Assembly: GCA_963783305.1 (NCBI GenBank)
Contig: CAWAMW010000002.1
Location: 704,001 to 768,000 of the forward strand
Length of the DNA: 64,000 nucleotides
Reading direction: 5' to 3'
Origin: an uncultured Gemmatimonadales bacterium
GTDB lineage: Bacteria > Gemmatimonadota > Gemmatimonadetes > Longimicrobiales > RSA9
The notes under the pieces were generated by a model, which was not told the DNA's origin, searched no databases, and worked only from the letters and a program-made list of their open reading frames with translations. Shown piece by piece: positions 10,124 to 19,065 of the stretch. The stretch's first letter is position 1. Each line of letters opens with the position of its first letter. Position numbers and translations under genes: made by a program.

Positions 10124-12238
10124 TCAGTCCACGGGGTCGTTCGACGATGTCAGGGCCCGCTGGACCTGCTGGTCACGGGTGGCCGGACGCACCCGCAACG
10201 GCAGGTCGATGTAGAACGTGGACCCCTCGCCGTAGGAGCTCTCCACGCGGATGTGCCCCTCCAGGAGCGCCACCAGCTTGCGGGTGATCGACAGTCCCAG
10301 GCCCGTGCCGCCGTACTCCCGGGTCGGGGATTGGTCGACCTGGCGGAAATCGTCGAAAATGGTCTCCACATCCTCGCTCTTGATGCCGATACCGGTATCG
10401 GCCACCGAGATCCCGATCCGGTCGTCCCCGATCCGGGTCGCCTCGAGCGTCACGCCGCCCTCGGAGGTGAACTTGATGGCATTGGACAGCAGGTTCAGGA
10501 GGATCTGCTTGATCTTGGTCCGGTCGGTGAACATGTCCGGTAGCTCGGGCTCCGCCTCCACCTCGAGGTCGAGCCTCTTCTCCCGGGCCAGTGGCTCCAC
10601 GGCCTCGCGCAGCTCGCCCACCATCTGACGTACCGAGACCTCCTCGAGGTACACCGGCATCTTGCCGGCCTCGATCTTGGACAGGTCGAGAATATCGTTG
10701 ATCAGGTCGAGCAGGTGCTGCGACGCGGTGTTCACCTTGTCGAGCCCCCCCTTCTGCTTCTCCGTCAGCTCGCCGTAGATCTCTTCCCGCATCAGGGAGG
10801 TGTAGCCGAGCACAGCGTTGATGGGCGTCCGGAGCTCGTGGCTCATGCTCGCCAGGAACTCGCTCTTCAGCCGAGACGCTTTCTCGAGCTCCCGACTCTG
10901 CCATTCCAGGCGACGGTTCCGCTCCGCCAGCTCCACCGTAGCCAGCCGGATCCGGTCCTCCAGCTCTTCGTTCAGCTGCTTGAGCTCCCCCGCCAGCCTC
11001 TCGTTCTCCACCACCTGCGTCAGGTCGTGGATCACGCTCACAATGGCCGTGGGCTCGCCCCGCGCGTTCAGGATCTTGCTGCTCACCACCTCCACAGGGA
11101 GGACGATCTCGTCCTCCGGGTCCTGCAGATCGATCTTCTCCACCCGCCGGTCTTCCGGCCGGAGGAGGAAATCGCTCATGAGGCTGGTGAACTTGGTGTC
11201 ATTCGCCCGAACAGCCCGGCGGTGGGCGGACTCCGGGGTCGTATCGGGGGGCGCCTCGAACAGCCGCTCGCCCTGGCGGTTCATGAGGATGATGTTCGAA
11301 TGGTCGTCGGTGACCAGGATCGGGTCACCCACGTTCTCCAGCGTCGCGTTCAGCCGCTCCCACTCCTCCCGGACCCGCTCCTCGGCGGTCCGGGACCGCT
11401 GGAACTGCGCCTCCAGCTCGGTCACCGCCCGCTTCAGGTCGGTGATGTTCCGGAGGATCGACAGGTATGCGCCATCGCTCTTCGCCTGCGGGACCGGCGT
11501 CGGCAGCACCTCGAACAGCAGGTCCGAGCCGTCCGATGGGTCCACGAGGTTCAACTCCCGCGGCTTGGTGTGCGTGGTGCTGATCACGGACTGCGTCAGG
11601 AACGAGCTGAACAGCAGGTTGTTCAGCTGTACGGCCCGGCGGCGGCCCTCGCTGTCACCGGTGTCCGCGGAGAAGAGCTGGTCCGCCCGATCGTTGGCAA
11701 GCATGATGTTGTTGGTGGCGTCGGTGAGGACCACCGGGTCGGGCAGGCTGTTGACGATGGTGGTCAGGAGCTCGCGCTCCTCGGCCAGCCGTGCGCTCCG
11801 GGCCTTGAGCTCGCGAACCACCCGGATCCGGTCCAGCGTCTCCGCGTGCTCCCGGAAGACGCCGGCGAGCCGATCGACCCGGTCCGTCTCCGCCGTCCCC
11901 TGCACCAGGATCGCGCCCCACACCTCGGGGCGTCCAACAGGCAGAACCAGCGCCTCTCCGCTGTCCATGGCGGGGGCCGGAACCCGCGCCTGCTCACCGG
12001 TCCGGAGGGCATCGCCCAGAGGCGTATCCTCCTGACGAGCCACCTCGAGCATGGACGCGGTCACCTGCTGACTGTGACCGATCCCCACCACACGCAAGCG
12101 ACCCCGGTCCCTGAACAGGACCATCCCCTGCTTCAAACCGCTGGCGGACAGCGCCCGCTCCAGCACGAGGGAAAGGCCATCGGCGGGTTCCGTGGTCTTC
12201 GCCAGCCGGTCTGCTAGACCCGGTGTCGCCGTGGCCAT
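10124..12238 (-). CDS. Cytoplasmic PAS-domain sensor histidine kinase
   Basis: Two PAS-like repeats; H-box FLASMSHELRTP; N-box NLLSNAIKFT; DTGIG and GGTGLGL boxes; no clear TM helix. Confidence 0.92.
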   Translation of the reverse strand: MATATPGLADRLAKTTEPADGLSLVLERALSASGLKQGMVLFRDRGRLRVVGIGHSQQVTASMLEVARQEDTPLGDALRTGEQARVPAPAMDSGEALVLPVGRPEVWGAILVQGTAETDRVDRLAGVFREHAETLDRIRVVRELKARSARLAEERELLTTIVNSLPDPVVLTDATNNIMLANDRADQLFSADTGDSEGRRRAVQLNNLLFSSFLTQSVISTTHTKPRELNLVDPSDGSDLLFEVLPTPVPQAKSDGAYLSILRNITDLKRAVTELEAQFQRSRTAEERVREEWERLNATLENVGDPILVTDDHSNIILMNRQGERLFEAPPDTTPESAHRRAVRANDTKFTSLMSDFLLRPEDRRVEKIDLQDPEDEIVLPVEVVSSKILNARGEPTAIVSVIHDLTQVVENERLAGELKQLNEELEDRIRLATVELAERNRRLEWQSRELEKASRLKSEFLASMSHELRTPINAVLGYTSLMREEIYGELTEKQKGGLDKVNTASQHLLDLINDILDLSKIEAGKMPVYLEEVSVRQMVGELREAVEPLAREKRLDLEVEAEPELPDMFTDRTKIKQILLNLLSNAIKFTSEGGVTLEATRIGDDRIGISVADTGIGIKSEDVETIFDDFRQVDQSPTREYGGTGLGLSITRKLVALLEGHIRVESSYGEGSTFYIDLPLRVRPATRDQQVQRALTSSNDPVD

Positions 12239-12245
12239 AATGCCG

Positions 12246-12545
12246 TTATTCCGCTTCTTCCAACCGGCGCCGGAGCTCGAGGTTCTCCGCGCGCATGCGC
12301 TCCAGCTCCGCCGAGTCACCACTGGACAGGGACTGAGGACGCGATACCGAGGGCAGCGTTCCTACCGCCTCCGCATACTTGAGGTAGGTGTCGATGGCGG
12401 CCACGACGATTCTCGCCTCCACCGTCACCAGATCGATCCCCACGAGCGAGACGCGCACGTAGGCGTCGATCACTATGCCCTTGTCCAGCACCCGATCCAG
12501 AACGTCGATGAGGCTGGTTCCTGCGGGTGCCCTTTCTACCGCCAT
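12246..12545 (-). CDS. gvpA: Gas vesicle structural protein GvpA
   Basis: [52 protein letters not shown] is the classic GvpA core. Confidence 0.92.
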   Translation of the reverse strand: MAVERAPAGTSLIDVLDRVLDKGIVIDAYVRVSLVGIDLVTVEARIVVAAIDTYLKYAEAVGTLPSVSRPQSLSSGDSAELERMRAENLELRRRLEEAE

Positions 12546-12594
12546 TGGCCCTGCTCCGGGTTTATTGGATTAAACGACATCAGCATTCCCGCCA

Positions 12595-12912
12595 CTACCC
12601 GCGCAGCTGATGGTCTTCCAGCGCTTGCAATCTTCGTGACAATTCGTCCAGCTTCTCGCCGAGACCCGCCCCCACCTCATCCCTCTTGGCGTACGTGGAG
12701 AGGCGCGGGTCCGTCTTCCACCAGTCCATGCCGACCTCTTCCGCCTTGTCCAGCGAACAGACCAGCAGGCGGATCTGGATCGTCAGAAGCTCGACATCGG
12801 CCAGCTTGATCCGGATGTCACCGGCAATCATCAGGCCTTTGTCCAGCACGCGGTCGAGCACATCGACCAGTCCCTGGGACCGCTGTGGTCCCAAATCGTA
12901 TCGCTCCGCCAA
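12595..12912 (-). CDS. gvpJ: Gas vesicle protein, GvpA/GvpJ family
   Basis: [47 protein letters not shown]; non-ATG start. Confidence 0.8.
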   Translation of the reverse strand: MAERYDLGPQRSQGLVDVLDRVLDKGLMIAGDIRIKLADVELLTIQIRLLVCSLDKAEEVGMDWWKTDPRLSTYAKRDEVGAGLGEKLDELSRRLQALEDHQLRG

Positions 12913-12930
12913 TTCAGTATCCCCTAGGGT

Positions 12931-13317
12931 TCAGAGCAGCCGGCCCAATGGACCGAGATCTATGTTCAGGTCCTCTTTCTCGAGCCCGAAGGCCTCCCGC
13001 ACCATATCGAGGCGCTCCTCGAGGCGCATGAGCGCCAGGCCCAACTGCTCCATTTCGTCATCGCTCAGGGTCCCGCCCTCCATCCGCCGCACCGCCTGGT
13101 GCTCGAGCACCTGGCGGATGAACTCGACCAGAGTGAGCACGAGCTGACTGACTCCGCTCTCGATGTCGTCCGGCGAGGCCTCGAGCCTGGACGGCAGAGA
13201 CGGCGCCACATCTCGCAGTTCCGCCGCGAGCCGCTCCATCTCGGCTTTGATTTCTGTGGCCTCAGCCGATCCGGCGTCCAGCGAGTTCCGGGCCGCGCGG
13301 GCGTCGTCAGCTGCCAT
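12931..13317 (-). CDS. gvpK: Gas vesicle protein GvpK
   Basis: QLVLTLVEFIRQVLEHQAVRRMEGGTL...LNIDLGPLGRLL. Confidence 0.9.
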   Translation of the reverse strand: MAADDARAARNSLDAGSAEATEIKAEMERLAAELRDVAPSLPSRLEASPDDIESGVSQLVLTLVEFIRQVLEHQAVRRMEGGTLSDDEMEQLGLALMRLEERLDMVREAFGLEKEDLNIDLGPLGRLL

Positions 13318-13981
13318 CCTGAACGAATCCGTAGGGGGGCCAGGGACCACTGGTCACGAACCGGAGCTCGGGGCGGTGGTCGGTGAACCTGTGTACTCTA
13401 TCGCCGTAATTGCCAGTATCATGCCGCCCCACCAGGTGCGCGATGGCCACGATACCATCGGTGCCGCCGGGGCGGACGCTGTGGGCGCGGACCAGCGGGC
13501 CGAGGAACGACAGCAGTTCTGCGGCGATCTGGGCCCCGCGAAGGTGTGCCCGCTGGAGCGTCTCCTCGCGCCGCGCCAGCCCCTCCAGGTACGCTCGCCC
13601 ACTGCTGCGGTCGGGCGGGACGGGATCGTGCCGCTCCGGGTCCATGACCCGCACGCCGAATTCCAGGGCGTCCCGCACGCGTTCGAGTGAGGCCTCCAGC
13701 GTCGCTCGCCGGCTCTCCAGCCCATCGCGCAGCTCCGTCTCGTCCACGTACCACTGGCCGAAGCGCATGGGGAGCGGGGTCCGCACCGTGGAAGACGCTT
13801 CCACCACGGCGTTGTGGGCCCGCACGCGCTCGAGCGAGGCCCCGGGGGCGCTGTCGAGCGTTGCGACCCAGGTCCGGAAGCCGGCGATGTCAAGCGCCCG
13901 AACGGCGGCGCCCTCGATCCCCTGGATCGACTGCGGCTCCGGGTGGTCCGCGGCGCCCACGGCGTAGAGGTAGAGTCCCAT
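13307..13981 (-). CDS. GvpF/GvpL family gas vesicle protein
   Basis: LYLYAV N-terminus, HNAVV, LPMRFG, GPWPPYGF C-terminus. Confidence 0.85.
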   Translation of the reverse strand: MGLYLYAVGAADHPEPQSIQGIEGAAVRALDIAGFRTWVATLDSAPGASLERVRAHNAVVEASSTVRTPLPMRFGQWYVDETELRDGLESRRATLEASLERVRDALEFGVRVMDPERHDPVPPDRSSGRAYLEGLARREETLQRAHLRGAQIAAELLSFLGPLVRAHSVRPGGTDGIVAIAHLVGRHDTGNYGDRVHRFTDHRPELRFVTSGPWPPYGFVQDGS

Positions 13982-14202
13982 CAGTCTTCCCGCGGGTCGT
14001 CGCGCGGCCGGGCTGGCAGCGCCCTCTCACTCAGCGCTTCCATTCCGCTCAGGAGGAGGCGGAGCTCCAGGTAGACCAGGTCGACCCCCGCTACGCTGAT
14101 GGTCACGTCGCCCCGGAGTACGACGCCCCGGTCGAGGACGCGGTCCACGAGCTCTACGAGTCGTACGCGGTCGTCGAGGGGACCCACCTCGTCGTTGCTC
14201 AT
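13981..14202 (-). CDS. Small GvpA-family accessory gas vesicle protein (GvpS/GvpM-like)
   Basis: MSNDEVGPLDDRVRLVELVDRVLDRGVVLRGDVTISVAGVDLVYLELRLLL; ATG overlaps upstream stop. Confidence 0.85.
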   Translation of the reverse strand: MSNDEVGPLDDRVRLVELVDRVLDRGVVLRGDVTISVAGVDLVYLELRLLLSGMEALSERALPARPRDDPRED

Positions 14203-14975
14203 GTTTCGCGCATGAAGCGGTAGGGCGCCCACGGGCCGGTCAGGCCGACGGTGAGTCCGAGCGGTTCCAGTCGCTGGCGCTCGGTGGCCAGCTGGTCGAA
14301 GAGCGGCTTCTCCTCGTCCCGGTCCACCAGGAGCGCGACATTGAGCGTGGTGGGCTCCGCGTCCGACGGGGGATCGAGCGTAACCACCTCGCGGGCCCGT
14401 GGTCGGATGGTATCCAGGAGCTCCCGCGCCATGCGTTGCGCGGCGCTGCGCCCCTCCGTCCGGGCCAGGTCCTTCCGCTTCTTCTCCAGGAGGAACCTCT
14501 TCCCGGGGCTCGCCTCCTCGATCTCCCGGTCGAGGCGGCCCACGTCCTCCGAGACCTCGCCGAGGTGCGCGAGCAGCCGAGCGGCGTCGGAGCCGATGCG
14601 AAGGTCCCACTCGCGGAGCCCATCCAGGCGCTCCAGCTCCTCCTGGATCCGGCCGGCCTCCCGCTCCATCGTCGCCCGCACCGAGGCCTCTCCGCTGAAC
14701 AGGGTGAGGAGCCGCGAGGGGAGAATGCTCGCGTGGTCGACGAACCAGGCCACGACCTGCTCGTGACTCAAACCCTGTTCCGCCATCCACTCCACATCCG
14801 CGCAGTTGCGCTCCAGCGCCGGACCGCTGAACTCGTCCGAGTGGATCCGGCTCATGACCGCCGTGAACCCCGGCCCGGTCAGCCGCTCGACCGGAGCATC
14901 GGCCACGCCCAGCAGCCCACCGGAGGGCAGCTGGGTGGCGTCGGGGACGAACCCGTAGAGGTAGATCACGCTCAT
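14199..14975 (-). CDS. GvpF/GvpL family gas vesicle protein
   Basis: IYLYGFV, HEQVV, TGPWAPYRF motifs. Confidence 0.85.
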   Translation of the reverse strand: MSVIYLYGFVPDATQLPSGGLLGVADAPVERLTGPGFTAVMSRIHSDEFSGPALERNCADVEWMAEQGLSHEQVVAWFVDHASILPSRLLTLFSGEASVRATMEREAGRIQEELERLDGLREWDLRIGSDAARLLAHLGEVSEDVGRLDREIEEASPGKRFLLEKKRKDLARTEGRSAAQRMARELLDTIRPRAREVVTLDPPSDAEPTTLNVALLVDRDEEKPLFDQLATERQRLEPLGLTVGLTGPWAPYRFMRET

Positions 14976-16702
14976 GCGACGCGCTCCCAGGCGCGGGTGA
15001 ACTCTGTCAGGGCGGTGGCCCCCTTCGGCTCCTCCACCTCCGGCGCCCGCCAGGTGGCGGTATCGGGGCGGGGCTCGACGGGTCCGTTCGCCCGGTTGAC
15101 CAGGACGCCCGTGAGCGGCAGGCCCAGCGATCGGATCCGCTCCACCAGTCGCCCCGTCTCCGCTCGCGCCAGCGCCTCATCCAGCGTCACGACCACGAGC
15201 GCAGTGCGGGCCGGGTCCATGAGCCGCTCACGGAGGGTCCGGAACCGGCGGGCGAACCGTAACAACTGCTCGGCGGGAGCGTCAAGATCACCGATGGCGC
15301 CGTATTTCAGGAGGATCCGCATGATTCGTCGCAACCAGTCCATGGCGAGCCCCGGCATGGCGACCAGCCGGAGGAAATGCCCGGTGGGCGCACTATCCAG
15401 GACCACGCGAGTGCCCGTCTCGACCTCTTCCGCCAGCCGGCTCACGCTCAGGAGCTCGTCGAGACCCGGGGGCGCCAGCTGCCATAGCGACTCGACCACC
15501 GCCCGGTCGAGTCGGGCAGCCCGGTCGAGCCCAATGGCCGCGAACGCGCGCTCGACCTCCTCTCGGTAGTGCGACCGCAGCCGGTCCAGCTCCGGCGCCG
15601 CGTCCAGCTCCCGCACCGTCAGCCCAGGGACCACCGACCCGTCCAGGACATCGAACAGCGACCCCGCCGGATCCGAGCTCATGAGCAGTACCGGCCCCTC
15701 CGCCGCAAGCCTCACTGCGGTTGCGCTGGCGCACGTGCTCTTCCCCACTCCGCCCTTCCCCGCGAAGACGATCAGCTCGCGCTCGATCTCGGGCGGGAAC
15801 CGCGCACCCGATGCGGCGGCACCGGCGCTTCCTCTCCCACGCGACGGGCGCTCGGTCGACGCCCTGCCCCGTCCGCTGCCGCTCCACCACTCCCGAAGCG
15901 CACGGCAGCCGGTGAGGCCGCTGTGGTACGGCAGGACGAGGTCGGCCCGCGGACGGCCCCGGTCGACGGCGACGGTGGCGGCCACGTGGAGATCGCGGGA
16001 CGCCAGCGCTTCCAGCAGCCGGACGGTCTCCGCTCGCTCCACCTCTCCGCCGCCCGTCACCACCACGAAGTCGGCGGCGCCGACCGCCTCCTCGAACGCG
16101 GCCATCTCCGCGGCGAGCGTCTCCAGCTCCGACTCCACGCTCAGCCGAACCTGCTGCCCCACCAGCGCCGAGGCGACCGTGTCGGCTTTACCCGCCATCG
16201 CATCGAATACGTCGAGCCAGCTCCGGACCACCCCTGGCGTGTCCAGAAGGCGCATCAGGTGCCCCGTCGGAGCCGTATCCACGACCAGGCGTGTCCCGAT
16301 CAGCTCGACGATCCGGAGCGCGCCCCCGATCTCATCCAGGCCGGGCAGCGCGGCCGCCAGCAGGCCGTCCGCATCGTCGGTATCCAGGTAGGTGCCCCGG
16401 TCGATGAGCTCCCGCAGCCCCGGGGCCATGGCGGCCATGCGCGATTCGGCCAGCCGCGGCGCGTCCAGCTCCTCCAGCGTGAGGGTCCCGCCGCACGGAG
16501 AGGGCTCCGGATCGGCTCCGAGCGACCGGCCGAACAGGTCGCCGAGGGAGTGCGCGGGGTCCGTAGAGACGAGGTGAGTGGCGGTCCCGGCATCCGAGAG
16601 GGCGAGCGCGAGTCCCCCCGACACCGTCGTCTTTCCCACCCCACCCTTCCCGACCACGAACGTGATCCGTCCGGTGAGCCGCCCCAGCAGCTCGCCGCCC
16701 AC
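14972..16702 (-). CDS. Tandem ArsA/Get3-family ATPase
   Basis: Two deviant Walker A motifs (GKGGVGKTT, GKGGVGKST), STDPAHSLGD / SSDPAGSLFD, and DTAPTGH / DSAPTGH; GTG start 1 bp after gvpG stop. Confidence 0.9.
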   Translation of the reverse strand: MGGELLGRLTGRITFVVGKGGVGKTTVSGGLALALSDAGTATHLVSTDPAHSLGDLFGRSLGADPEPSPCGGTLTLEELDAPRLAESRMAAMAPGLRELIDRGTYLDTDDADGLLAAALPGLDEIGGALRIVELIGTRLVVDTAPTGHLMRLLDTPGVVRSWLDVFDAMAGKADTVASALVGQQVRLSVESELETLAAEMAAFEEAVGAADFVVVTGGGEVERAETVRLLEALASRDLHVAATVAVDRGRPRADLVLPYHSGLTGCRALREWWSGSGRGRASTERPSRGRGSAGAAASGARFPPEIERELIVFAGKGGVGKSTCASATAVRLAAEGPVLLMSSDPAGSLFDVLDGSVVPGLTVRELDAAPELDRLRSHYREEVERAFAAIGLDRAARLDRAVVESLWQLAPPGLDELLSVSRLAEEVETGTRVVLDSAPTGHFLRLVAMPGLAMDWLRRIMRILLKYGAIGDLDAPAEQLLRFARRFRTLRERLMDPARTALVVVTLDEALARAETGRLVERIRSLGLPLTGVLVNRANGPVEPRPDTATWRAPEVEEPKGATALTEFTRAWERVA

Positions 16703-16703
16703 G

Positions 16704-17174
16704 TCAGTCCTCGTCGAAGCCGAAAACGATGTCGATCTCGGCCTCGCCTGGGTTGGCGACCGAAGGGCGCCTGGGCGCATCTTCACCGGCGGGCTCGCCG
16801 TCCTCCGCCAGGTGCTCCGTGGACTTCACCCCGCCCTCACCCGCCCCGCCCATGTCCGCCCCGCCCATGTCCGCCTCGGCTTCGCCCTCACCGGCGACCC
16901 GCACCAGGCCGCCCGATGTGGCCATTCCGAACTGCTCACGCCACTCACGGACCTGCCGGAGCCGCCGCATGAGCGAGGCCTCCCTTTCGACGTACTCGTC
17001 GTCATCGATGTCGCCCAGCTCCAACTCCATCTGGAGCTCCATCAGATCGCGCTTCACCACGCTGTCATCGGTGAGCTCCGTCTTCACCGCGCCCTCCACC
17101 TTCTCCAGGGAGAAGCGGGCCAGGTAGGACGGACCCGTGACCGGCCAGAACAGGAGGTGCTTCAGAAGTCCCAC
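16704..17174 (-). CDS. gvpG: Gas vesicle protein GvpG with acidic C-terminal tail
   Basis: LLFWPV N-terminus; LMELQMELELGDIDDDEYVEREASLMRRL. Confidence 0.85.
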   Translation of the reverse strand: MGLLKHLLFWPVTGPSYLARFSLEKVEGAVKTELTDDSVVKRDLMELQMELELGDIDDDEYVEREASLMRRLRQVREWREQFGMATSGGLVRVAGEGEAEADMGGADMGGAGEGGVKSTEHLAEDGEPAGEDAPRRPSVANPGEAEIDIVFGFDED

Positions 17175-17175
17175 G

Positions 17176-17991
17176 TCAGGCGTCGGCTCGCTCGAGCTTG
17201 AGCTTGATGTTCACGAAATTGTACGGCGGCCACGGGCCCGTATACTTGAAGGAGAGCTCGTCCTCGTACTTCCGGCTCAGCGACTTCACTACCTCGTCGA
17301 ACTCCTGCTCCCGGCTCCGCTCCACGAGATAGGCCGCATTCAGGATCATCCGATCGCCGATCGGCTTGTTCGATCGACTCGCGATGGCATACGGCTTCAG
17401 CGACTGGTGGATATCCATGACATACGTGTTCGCCGCCTCCTCCAGCCCGGTCTCCACGAGCCGGCCGAGCTGCATGCGGGCGAAGTACGTGGAGCTCTGC
17501 TCGTTGGAGGTGATCTCCTGTTTCAAGCGATGGATCTCCTCGTCCTCCTGCTCCAGCCGCGCCACCACCTTGTCCCGGTCCCACAGGACCTTCAACCCGA
17601 ACTCGATCTTGTCGCGCATCTTCTCGAGCACATCGTCGAACGCGCGATACGTGGATTTCAACAGCTCCACGATATCGTCGCGCGTTCGAAAGATGGTGCC
17701 GAACGACATGGGGATCACGGTGTATTCACGCATGACCGTCTCGTTGACGAGCTCGTGGGCCAGCACGTTCTCACGGGTCGGGTCGTAGATCCGGATCGGC
17801 GTGTCGCTGACCACGGCCGCCAGATCCTTGTGGTGGACCGTGTACACCCGGTTCGCCTCGCCGCCGATCCCGATGGACCCGAAACTGTGGTCGTCCTCCG
17901 TCTTGATGATGCAGTACACGTACTTTCCCTCTTCCTCGGTGGAAGAGACCTCGCCGTGGACGGAGGATTGTGGCGGAGTGATGTCTGGCAT
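17176..17991 (-). CDS. gvpF: Gas vesicle protein GvpF/L
   Basis: GKYVYCII, LAHELVNE, VIPMSFGTIF, YTGPWPPYNFVNI. Confidence 0.88.
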   Translation of the reverse strand: MPDITPPQSSVHGEVSSTEEEGKYVYCIIKTEDDHSFGSIGIGGEANRVYTVHHKDLAAVVSDTPIRIYDPTRENVLAHELVNETVMREYTVIPMSFGTIFRTRDDIVELLKSTYRAFDDVLEKMRDKIEFGLKVLWDRDKVVARLEQEDEEIHRLKQEITSNEQSSTYFARMQLGRLVETGLEEAANTYVMDIHQSLKPYAIASRSNKPIGDRMILNAAYLVERSREQEFDEVVKSLSRKYEDELSFKYTGPWPPYNFVNIKLKLERADA

Positions 17992-18093
17992 CGTCAACTC
18001 GATTTCGGGGTGGCACAGACCTGCAACAGTGAGACGAACCTCCAGCTACCCGCAAGGATATCCCCGGTGTGGGTGGCTTCGCGGGCCTCGGGA

Positions 18094-18109
18094 TGCCAAC
18101 ATCATGCCG
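18094..18109 (-). promoter_or_regulatory. Putative sigma54 -24/-12 promoter for the gvp operon
   Basis: Minus strand CGGCATGATGTTGGCA: GG-N10-GC spacing, about 100 bp upstream of gvpF. Confidence 0.4.
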
Positions 18110-18131
18110 AGTCGGTGGCCGGGGCGCGGAT

Positions 18132-18147
18132 CGGCGCAGGCCTTGCA
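18132..18147 (+). promoter_or_regulatory. Putative sigma54 -24/-12 promoter
   Basis: CGGCGCAGGCCTTGCA: GG-N10-GC with TTGC, upstream of the lipoprotein start at 18204. Confidence 0.5.
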
Positions 18148-18203
18148 TGGTCGCACGGCTCGTCGAACGCCGCACGGAGCCATGCCCTGAGGGCTCGGTA
18201 CAG

Positions 18204-19061
18204 ATGAAGAGGAGCGAGATGAAGCGCGCCACATTACTGCTGGTTTTCGCCGTCGCGACGGGCATCGGCGGCTGCGCGACGCTGACGGCGAAGCGCTCGG
18301 AGGACCAGAACGCGCGGTTCCGGCTCGAGCGCGGCCTGACCGCGCTCGACAGCGGCGCCTATACCGCCGCCTTCGACGACCTTGCCTGGGTCTATTCGCA
18401 GTGTACCGGCCGGGAAGCGGCCGGGCAGGCGCTCCTCGCCCTCGCCGCACTCGAGCTGGATCCACGGAACGAGCGCGCTCGTCCCGCCGTCGGGACGGAC
18501 CTCCTGGGTAGGGCCATCACGGGTGCCGAGGCTCCCCGATGGGCGCGGCCGCTGGCGGAAACGAGCTTCCTGACGGCGCTCGCGCTGGGAGCGCCCCATC
18601 CGGCCCCCCCAGCCCCGTCCGGGCCAATGGTCGAGCGGACGGACGCCGCGACGGGCACGGCCGCGCTGAGCGACGCCACGACGGACACGGCCGCACTGGA
18701 GACAGGCGCACCGGGCACGAGCGCCACGGACGCCCACCGTGCCCCCGTCAGCCATGATCCGGATGAGCCGGCCACCACCGCCGCTCAGGCGCTGCCCCCA
18801 CGGGGGATGGCCGCGGGAGCCGGCGGGGGGGAGGCGGCCTACGGGTGCGGCCCGGTGGTCGAGGCGCGGGATACCGCCACCGCCGTGCTCCCGGAGCTGC
18901 CGGGCCCGTCCATGGCCGCGCTCCTGTCCCGCGCGGAGTCCAGGCGAGATTCGCTGACGGTGACGACCGAGCTGCTCCAGCGGGAGCTGATATCGCTCCG
19001 GGAGCAGCTGGCGGCCACGCGGGCCGAGCTGGAGCGGATCCGCAAGACACTCAAGCCGTGA
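18204..19061 (+). CDS. Hypothetical lipoprotein with C-terminal coiled coil
   Basis: Signal MKRATLLLVFAVATGIGGC; helical N-domain, Ala/Pro/Thr linker, heptad tail ending ELERIRKTLKP. Confidence 0.7.
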   Translation: MKRSEMKRATLLLVFAVATGIGGCATLTAKRSEDQNARFRLERGLTALDSGAYTAAFDDLAWVYSQCTGREAAGQALLALAALELDPRNERARPAVGTDLLGRAITGAEAPRWARPLAETSFLTALALGAPHPAPPAPSGPMVERTDAATGTAALSDATTDTAALETGAPGTSATDAHRAPVSHDPDEPATTAAQALPPRGMAAGAGGGEAAYGCGPVVEARDTATAVLPELPGPSMAALLSRAESRRDSLTVTTELLQRELISLREQLAATRAELERIRKTLKP

Positions 19062-19065
19062 GATC

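Noticed and set aside
14972..16702. Arsenic-resistance operon
   Set aside because: No arsB/acr3, arsC, arsD or arsR nearby; the gene is embedded in the gvp operon.
16841..16875. 15-bp tandem repeat in gvpG
   Set aside because: In-frame ADMGG duplication in a low-complexity tail; probably neutral.
18011..18025. TGGCACAGACCTGCA as a sigma54 promoter
   Set aside because: GG-to-GC spacing is 9 rather than the required 10 nt.
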